A DNA stretch of 63,704 nucleotides, the filler included. It is 5 parts of 5 records of this genome, joined end to end, with 100 filler letters (N's around TTAATTAATTAA, not from the genome) between each part and the next. Parts side by side here need not be neighbours in the genome. Positions count along the whole stretch, not along the records: positions 49,629 to 58,101 come from DRR723986_4996; positions 58,202 to 63,704 come from DRR723986_5076; 3 more parts are not named here. One strand, given 5' to 3'. The notes under the pieces are model-generated. The model was not told the DNA's origin and made no database searches. It saw only the letters and a list, made by a program, of their open reading frames with translations. Positions 57,320 through 63,704 of the stretch are shown here, piece by piece; within the stretch, counting starts at the first letter, position 1, and the number at the start of each line of letters is the position of its first letter. The position numbers were made by a program, and so were the translations under genes.

Positions 57320-58101
57320 ATGAAGACACAAGAACTCCAGCTGTTGTACATATTTGACGCCATTATGACTGAGCGCTCGGTGACCCGCGCTGCAGACCGG
57401 CTTGCCATGACCCAGCCTGCCGTATCCAATGCGATCTCAAGGATGCGCCAGATCTGGAACGACCCGCTGTTCGTGCGAAAAGGCCGAAACATCGAACCGA
57501 CATCCTATGCGCTCAGTCTGTGGCACCAGGTTGGCGATCACATGTATGCGCTAACCAATGCGGTGAGTGCGACTCAATTCGATCCGGCCACATCAAAGCG
57601 AAAGTTTCGCATCGCCGTAACGGATGTAACTGTTGAAATGATCTGGCGCCAGTTGATTGAATTGCTGGAACGTGACGCGCCGGGAGTGGACGTCCACGCT
57701 GTGCCGTACACGCCGGAAGGTACGTACGAGGATCTGCGCGAAGCCCATGTGGATCTGGCGGTAGGTATGCTTACCCAGCACGATCACAGCTTGCGAAGCA
57801 CCTGGTTGTTTGAAGGTGGATACGTTCTGGCAATGCGTGCCGACCATCCGCTTGCCGGCCGGCAGATCACCATGGAGGAATTCCTTGAGGCCCGACACCT
57901 GCTTGTGACAATGTCAGGGGATGCCCATGGTTTCGTGGACAGTTACCTTGACCAGAAGGGGCTCAGCAGGCGCATTGCTGCCACAGTTAACCATTTTTCG
58001 ATTGTTCCCCAGATTCTCAGGGAGTCGAACCTCATTACTGCAGTTCCGGAGTTGATCAGCCAGGACTGCGGCTTCGTGGACGGCCTATGGATGGGGCAAT
58101 T
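57320..58101 (+). CDS. LysR-family regulator (3' truncated)
   Basis: 'IFDAIMTERSVTRAADRLAMTQPAVSNAISRMR..DPLFVR'. Confidence 0.92.
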
Positions 58102-58201
58102 NNNNNNNNNNNNNNNNNNNNNNNNNNNNNNNNNNNNNNNNNNNNTTAATTAATTAANNNNNNNNNNNNNNNNNNNNNNNNNNNNNNNNNNNNNNNNNNN
58201 N
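58102..58201. other. Artificial contig spacer
   Basis: N44-TTAATTAATTAA-N44. Confidence 0.98.
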
Positions 58202-58286
58202 GCACATCGCCGCTGCACATCGCCGCTGCACTGGCCACTCTGGTAAAGAGAAGCAATACACCAGATCTCCCCGGTAATGCGCTCAC

Positions 58287-58323
58287 AAAAAAAGCCCTGC
58301 AAGTCGGTTAACTTGCAAGGCTT
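58287..58323 (-). terminator. Intrinsic terminator of the methyltransferase gene
   Basis: Minus strand reads AAGCCUUGCAAGU-UAACCG-ACUUGCAGGGCUU followed by a U run. Confidence 0.75.
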
Positions 58324-58370
58324 CAGCATACTCTTCAAATTCGCTGGGAGTCGCGGCCACTAAAAACGAA

Positions 58371-59351
58371 TTACCGTGAAAACAGTTTAGACAGAACGCC
58401 GCCCCGTTGTTCATGCTTAACGGATTCACCTTCAAAAGACACATCCTTAAAGATGTCAGGCGTCTGGCCTGGGATGGGTTTGTAACATACCAGCAGGAAG
58501 TTATCAAACACCGGCGATGACGTGTTCTTGGCGAAATAGGGAAAATATGTCCGTGTGCCAAAACCTTTGAATGGCTGCGCATTTGCAAACATCGAATCAT
58601 CTGCAGCTTCGCCATCTTTGTCAAACACAAATGGCAAAACATTAAAGCCGGCCTGGTAGATCGCAGCCAGGAATTCACATTGGCGATAGTCGTGATCAGA
58701 GTTGTCCTTGGCTTTCACCTCCATATTCTCGTCGCCATACAACTTCTTAACGCGGTCTTTACTCAGCATCGCCTCCGCATCTTCGGTTTGTTCCTCTACC
58801 GAATATGAGTCGGGATTGCAGTGCTCCATTCCCAGCAAAAATCCACCGGGCTTCAAGATCCGGAAACACTCGGCAAAGGTCGCGGCCAGATTTTCAGAGT
58901 GGTGAATCGCACCGACCGACATTACATAATCAAAGGAGTTATCCTCAACTTTCATGTTGTTGTAACTGCCAACAACCAGCCGCACCTTTTCCTGCTTGGC
59001 ATCCAGACTTTTGAGAGCATGTGGAATCAGTGCCTCAACCGAAAAACGGTCATAATCCATGATGTAGACTTCATCGACTTCCGGCTTTTGAGTCAATAGA
59101 GCAGAACACCATCCCGTGCCTGCACCAATTTCAATTACTTTACCGCTGATGGGTTTTCCGATGGCCAACTCAAACTTGCTAATCGATTCTTTACGCCAAA
59201 AAGTGCGATTGCTTTTGAGAAACTTTTGGGCCGATTGTGGTGTGTCAAACAACTTGTAATAAACATTCTCCGCCACTTTGGCCCGCAACTCTATAGCGCC
59301 CATCCGGATGTTTTCCTGATCATCGCTTACTTTCCAGTCTAGAATTTCCAT
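58371..59351 (-). CDS. Class I SAM-dependent methyltransferase
   Basis: 'VIEIGAGTGW', 'DNSFDYV..AIHH', 'RILKPGG'. Confidence 0.88.
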   Translation of the reverse strand: MEILDWKVSDDQENIRMGAIELRAKVAENVYYKLFDTPQSAQKFLKSNRTFWRKESISKFELAIGKPISGKVIEIGAGTGWCSALLTQKPEVDEVYIMDYDRFSVEALIPHALKSLDAKQEKVRLVVGSYNNMKVEDNSFDYVMSVGAIHHSENLAATFAECFRILKPGGFLLGMEHCNPDSYSVEEQTEDAEAMLSKDRVKKLYGDENMEVKAKDNSDHDYRQCEFLAAIYQAGFNVLPFVFDKDGEAADDSMFANAQPFKGFGTRTYFPYFAKNTSSPVFDNFLLVCYKPIPGQTPDIFKDVSFEGESVKHEQRGGVLSKLFSR

Positions 59352-59497
59352 AGTATGCCATTTTGGTCAACAAGAATATGCCCCGGTTCTTACAGCCTGC
59401 CGGAGTTTCTCCAACGGAACCCGAACCTTCAACTGTACCAAAACTAACTAAGCTAAAAGTTGGAGACAAAAAAAATAACCTGACCCGCTGCCTGGAT

Positions 59498-61099
59498 CTA
59501 ACAAATCCTAATCGCTGCGTGTAGAGCCACATCACTCTCAAGCCGTTCCTTGCCCTGGATCACTTCGGCATAGGTCTTGCCACTTACCTGTGCCTGAATC
59601 CAGTCGCACAGATTAAAATAGGCGAACGCATAACAGTCCAGCGGCTCGGCCTGCCGCAGCTGCAATAAAACATTCAGCAGTTCCTGCAGTGCTGCGTGGC
59701 GTTCCGCACGCGAAGTATACTGCGGCATCCTGCGGAAACATTGCAGTACCGCATCCTCAGTTGCATGTAAACGCTCCAACCGTTGGAAGTCACGGCGGTA
59801 GCCCTCAGCCAAATATTCGAGCAACTCATATTGCTCCAGCTCGTATTGAATCAGAATGTTAAGCATGCGCACCGAAACGTAAATATCTGCGCGCGAAACC
59901 AGTTCACCTTCATTACAAACATCGTTAACCCAACGCAATGCGCGCGCCAGGTCGCCACTCCCAAAACAAGCCAGTGCTATCCGGTAGTACTTGGAGAAAA
60001 CGTTAACATTGTGCATCGCCTTGTCATACGAACCCAGCTGCGGAACAATTTGTGCCACTATACGCAGTGCCGCCTCAAAATCGCCGCGCCGGATGTACAT
60101 CTCCAGCTCCAAAAAATTGGCAGTCTCAAAGACCGAAACCGTTGATGGCGCCGTCGCCGAACCCGAAGCCGTCCGCCCAAATTCACGCAGCAAAAGCAGG
60201 TTCTCTTCCGCCGCCGCATACTTACCCAAAACCAACTGACAGATTATACAACTGTTAAGTGCATACGTGTAGAGAACCGGCTCATCACGCAGCATGAATG
60301 CTTTACTGTTGTAGGCCAGCAGGCGTCTCAGCGCCAGATCGTAAGCTTCCTCAAAAACGCCCAGCGACTGATAATACTGATAGGACGCAGTGTTGAGGTA
60401 CAGTCCCTCCCAAAAGCTGGTCGCGCCGCTCAGATACTTCTCCTTTTTGTCTTCCAGCTCGGCATAGAGCTCCGTCAATTGGCTCCTGACGGCTGCCGTA
60501 GGGCGCACAACGCGCCCCGTCCGGATAAATATCGCATAGAGCCGCGAACTGAGTTCCTCCGCCGCCAGGGTATCCAACAGCATGGTGTGCACCCGCTGCT
60601 CTTCATCCACAATCACTTTGTGCAGCGTTTTTGTGTCCTGCGAACGAATTCGCAACACCAGGCGGCGCTTCTGCCAGTTAATAATCTCCGGCAGCATGTG
60701 AATCAACTCGTGTTCGTACGCCAGCACTTTGCACTTTTCCAGGAGTTTCCAGCAGGATTCAAACAGCCCCTTTTTATATAGAATCTCCGCGCTCTGCAGA
60801 TGCTCACGAATCGTCGAGGATGTGCTCTCACCGGCATAGTACAGCCGCAGAGCCTGCAGCAATCGATTGTAAAGCCGCAGCTTGGCATTCGGCAGCTTGC
60901 GCCGGTCCAGCTCCGGGACCGACTGCAGCAGCTCAGAATCGCTGTACGCCTCCAGGCCGTCCAGCGCATGGAACAAATTTTTAAGCCCCGTCTCCCGCCC
61001 CGAGCTGTTGCGCGTTAAAAAAAGCGTGCAATAGCGCTTTTCCGACTTGCTCAGGCTCTTGACCAACTCAAATAGAAACAGTGTACCAGATTTGGGCAT
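59498..61099 (-). CDS. Hypothetical helical/TPR-like protein with N-terminal 'LFELVKSLSKSEKRY' motif
   Basis: About 533 aa, predicted all-helical; N-terminal motif of a recurrent Bacteroidota hypothetical family recalled from memory. Confidence 0.75.
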   Translation of the reverse strand: MPKSGTLFLFELVKSLSKSEKRYCTLFLTRNSSGRETGLKNLFHALDGLEAYSDSELLQSVPELDRRKLPNAKLRLYNRLLQALRLYYAGESTSSTIREHLQSAEILYKKGLFESCWKLLEKCKVLAYEHELIHMLPEIINWQKRRLVLRIRSQDTKTLHKVIVDEEQRVHTMLLDTLAAEELSSRLYAIFIRTGRVVRPTAAVRSQLTELYAELEDKKEKYLSGATSFWEGLYLNTASYQYYQSLGVFEEAYDLALRRLLAYNSKAFMLRDEPVLYTYALNSCIICQLVLGKYAAAEENLLLLREFGRTASGSATAPSTVSVFETANFLELEMYIRRGDFEAALRIVAQIVPQLGSYDKAMHNVNVFSKYYRIALACFGSGDLARALRWVNDVCNEGELVSRADIYVSVRMLNILIQYELEQYELLEYLAEGYRRDFQRLERLHATEDAVLQCFRRMPQYTSRAERHAALQELLNVLLQLRQAEPLDCYAFAYFNLCDWIQAQVSGKTYAEVIQGKERLESDVALHAAIRIC

Positions 61100-61301
61100 G
61101 ACATCTACTTCTCTGCATAATCCGCGATTTTGAACAAATTTCGAACACCTCAATCCACTACACGATACATAGAAACGGTAGAATGCCACAATTTCCACCT
61201 TCCACCCGCCACTTCCCAGCCGTATGTTCGAACAACCGCTATTCCCTCCAATGCGCACACATCCGTAAAATCTCGAACAACATTTGTTAAGGTGAATCAG
61301 T

Positions 61302-62915
61302 ATGTCAGCGGTGTTTTACAAAATTCAGAAGTCCAGGAACATACGGCGACTATGCACTGCCCTCGCAGTCATAACTCTCCTCTTTTTGGCCAACAAAACT
61401 TCAGCACAGGAAATAGAATGGACATCGCTCGCCGGCGATGGGCAGAATGACGGGATGTACAATGGCGTACTCGACGGCAAGGAACTATTTTATTATTACG
61501 ATGCAGAGCAGGACCGTATTTACTTCAGAGTTGACGTCTATGGCTCCATCAATACATCTGTGATCGGCATTAACATTATCATGTTCATTCCCGGTGATAC
61601 GCAGGTGGGCAGCTGGTGGGGCACAAATACTGCCTTCCGCTACAACAGACTTGTCACTTTCTGGGTGCAGGGCAGCCCGCCGAATAACTACTCCGGCACA
61701 ATTGGAATTGCCAATGCCGCCGGCGTTGCCCAGATGCGTTACATGAACCTTAAACAAGGCAATATTGCGGCCGAAGTTGACCCGCAGAACAACTACTACG
61801 TGCTCTCTTTTCCGCGCCAGGACCTGATCTCAGACGAACTTTTCGATAACGGCCCTGTTAACATAGACCTGATTGCCGCCGTCGGCACCAACGAATTTTG
61901 GAACGACGACATTCCCAACAGCGGCAATGGTACTATGACAATTGAAAAAGGCGAAGACCCCAAACCGGAAATCAACCTGTCGCTCAGCGATCTGACATTT
62001 GCACCGGTTCAACAGGGCGAGAGCAACCGCATGACGCTCACAATCAGCAATCCCAGCAGCGTCATGTTAAACGTCCTGGAAATGAACCTGGAAGGCAATG
62101 AGTCCAGTGCCTTCAGCGTTCGCGAAAGTGCGCCCTTTAACGTCGCGCCTGGCTCATCCAAAAATATCACAGTCGAATTCGAGCCGCCGGCAGAAGGTGA
62201 TTACATTACATTTCTCAACATCGTCTCCAATGCCGCCGAGCCCAACTCAACCTTTGTTGTTACGCTAAGCGGCGAAGGCCTCGCCGAACAAATTGATCCG
62301 CCCGGCATTAACATTTCACAAACTGAGCTGCTTTTTGATCCCGCAATTCTCGGTGCTGAGAAAAACGCGTCAATCAATATTAGCAATGACGGCGGCTCGG
62401 ACTTAGTCATTAACAGTCTCAGTATCGAAGACACGGACAAAGAGTCTTTTCAGATTGTCGGCCCAGCCCAGCTGACAATTGCAGCCGGCCAATCCGCCGA
62501 AGTCTCGATTCTATTCAGTCCCGTCAAAGAAGGTCCGCTGCAGGCCAATCTGCAAATCCTGTCCAACGCTCCCGCGCCCGACAATTCAATATCCGTTCTA
62601 CTGCGCGGCAGCGGCCTGGTCGATACCGGAGTACGCGCAGACATCTTTGAGAATGCAGCTGTGAGCCTTTATCCCAACCCTGTCCACGAGGCTGTTAACA
62701 TCAGTTATGGCCTCAAGCGCGGCGGCATGTTTTCGCTGCGATTGCTGGACGAACGCGGACGTGTTGTCCTGCAGACGCGCGCCCAATTTCATGCGCCGGG
62801 CATGCACAAGCAGCGCTTGCAGCTCAAAGACTTAACACTTCCGGCCGGCGCGCTCATGCTTCAAATCTTGAAGGATGGCCGTAGCGTCGCCGACCTAAAA
62901 CTCCTTAAACTCTAG
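61302..62915 (+). CDS. Secreted protein with two ASH/choice-of-anchor-D Ig-like domains and a T9SS-like C-terminal domain
   Basis: Signal peptide; two repeats of 'I.N....L.I..L......F......I..G.S..V.V.F.P...G.....L.I.SN......V.L.G.G'; 'LYPNPV' C-terminal domain. Confidence 0.82.
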   Translation: MSAVFYKIQKSRNIRRLCTALAVITLLFLANKTSAQEIEWTSLAGDGQNDGMYNGVLDGKELFYYYDAEQDRIYFRVDVYGSINTSVIGINIIMFIPGDTQVGSWWGTNTAFRYNRLVTFWVQGSPPNNYSGTIGIANAAGVAQMRYMNLKQGNIAAEVDPQNNYYVLSFPRQDLISDELFDNGPVNIDLIAAVGTNEFWNDDIPNSGNGTMTIEKGEDPKPEINLSLSDLTFAPVQQGESNRMTLTISNPSSVMLNVLEMNLEGNESSAFSVRESAPFNVAPGSSKNITVEFEPPAEGDYITFLNIVSNAAEPNSTFVVTLSGEGLAEQIDPPGINISQTELLFDPAILGAEKNASINISNDGGSDLVINSLSIEDTDKESFQIVGPAQLTIAAGQSAEVSILFSPVKEGPLQANLQILSNAPAPDNSISVLLRGSGLVDTGVRADIFENAAVSLYPNPVHEAVNISYGLKRGGMFSLRLLDERGRVVLQTRAQFHAPGMHKQRLQLKDLTLPAGALMLQILKDGRSVADLKLLKL

Positions 62916-63127
62916 ACTCTTGTCCCCTTCTGTGTAGTTCTCACGTGCGCACATGCTGCCCCCCATTGAGCGCATATACCCTCGAGCACATTGCGCACCC
63001 TATCCGGCATCGTTTTACATGTGATGTCAAACAACACAGCACTCCCCATCATGCAGACGGAGAGTGCTGTGTTGTTAATTTTTGACACTGCTTTTCGATG
63101 CAGCATAGCCGAGTAAAATGTGCGACT

Positions 63128-63445
63128 TTACTTGGTACCGCTAACAAATAGCAGTGCCTGATTCGCCAGGCCTTCCCAGTCTTCCTTAAAGTCAAATGGA
63201 ACCTGCAGCCAGTCCTTCATTGGCCGGCCTTTCCCCGATGGGTCAAAGTTAACAGCGCCAGGATATTTAGATGCAAGCAGGCTTATTTCGTCGCGCCCCA
63301 ACTTAAACACCATTGCATCCTGGAAGAATGCAGCAAACGCTTTATTGGAACTTTTCAGGCATGGTTTGCCAAACATCTGGCTGGCTACCGTACCAGACTC
63401 ATTTGCCATTTTCTCGCCAATTTCGCGGTATAGTTCTTCACTCAT
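63128..63445 (-). CDS. TfoX N-terminal-like small protein
   Basis: 'QMFGKPCLK..KAFAAF..MVFKL', 'FDPSGKGRPMKDW'. Confidence 0.65.
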   Translation of the reverse strand: MSEELYREIGEKMANESGTVASQMFGKPCLKSSNKAFAAFFQDAMVFKLGRDEISLLASKYPGAVNFDPSGKGRPMKDWLQVPFDFKEDWEGLANQALLFVSGTK

Positions 63446-63704
63446 ACTTAATTATTTTAACGTAATTTATACAAACACGCCCCTGCTTAACAACCCGGAT
63501 GGCAGGGATTTGACGTTCCCAGAACGTGGCTCAAAACGCCTGGAGACTCACATGCGCATGCATACCTTATCTACAGCGCACCGTACGAATGTACATAATC
63601 TTTGCATTCCTGTCAGCCCTTTCGCGATTCCCGCCAGGAAATCTTGCCCGAATTTGGGTAAAAAACCGACTTTTTGAGCGCTTTGAGCTGCGCCATTACA
63701 TTTG

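Noticed and set aside
58202-58231. 13-bp tandem repeat GCACATCGCCGCT x2 at the contig start
   Set aside because: Only two copies at a contig edge with no spacers, so not CRISPR; possibly an assembly-end artefact.
58287-58323. Hairpin resembling those seen beside tRNA-associated integration sites
   Set aside because: No tRNA fragment or integrase is visible nearby; it is adequately explained as a terminator.
61132-61146. GAAC-N7-GAAC as an alphaproteobacterial-type LexA box
   Set aside because: The segment appears FCB-group and the flanking genes are not DNA-repair genes. It is kept only as part of the local repeat set.
1-63704. rRNA, tRNA, CRISPR arrays, transposases, integrases or prophage genes
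   Set aside because: None were recognisable by eye. A covariance-model scan (tRNAscan-SE/Rfam) would be needed to exclude small RNAs in the longer spacers.

Overview
The window is not one locus. It is five unrelated contig fragments joined by four artificial 100-nt spacers (N44-TTAATTAATTAA-N44), so synteny holds only within a segment. Segment 1 (1-14702) is very high GC and Rhodobacteraceae-like: partial tctA, an XRE-luxR-luxI quorum-sensing module, an IclR-led catabolic operon (acyl-CoA ligase, citryl-CoA-lyase-like protein, two SDRs, TctCBA, quinone oxidoreductase), nagA, a DMT transporter and a partial Opp/Dpp ATPase. Segment 2 (14803-36850) is FCB-group/Bacteroidota-like: a tandem-domain PCPP protein, an arg operon (GNAT-argG-argC-argF'-argB-argE-argH, no argD) preceded by an unannotated Arg-codon-rich leader ORF, a TIGR03032 protein with an O-GlcNAc-transferase-like TPR protein, a T9SS cargo, a TPR-LuxR regulator, a glycosyltransferase and a PiT transporter. 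Segment 3 (36951-49528) is planctomycete-like: an ECF sigma with a WD40 Ser/Thr kinase, a compact GNAT acyltransferase + heme-oxygenase-like diiron oxidase + flavodoxin + XRE/NTF2 regulator cluster, and a giant secreted PKD protein. Segment 4 (49629-58101) is gammaproteobacterial (Marinobacter-like): a bufferin-type MNIO RiPP cluster and a thiol/redox island that includes a small secreted peptide with a perfectly conserved 12-aa repeat. Segment 5 (58202-63704) is FCB-like again: a methyltransferase, a TPR-like hypothetical divergent from a secreted Ig-domain protein, and a TfoX-like protein. The best novelty candidates are the planctomycete GNAT-HDO-flavodoxin-regulator cluster, the putative arginine attenuator leader, and the repeat peptide. 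All family and taxon calls come from reading motifs by eye; no searches were run.
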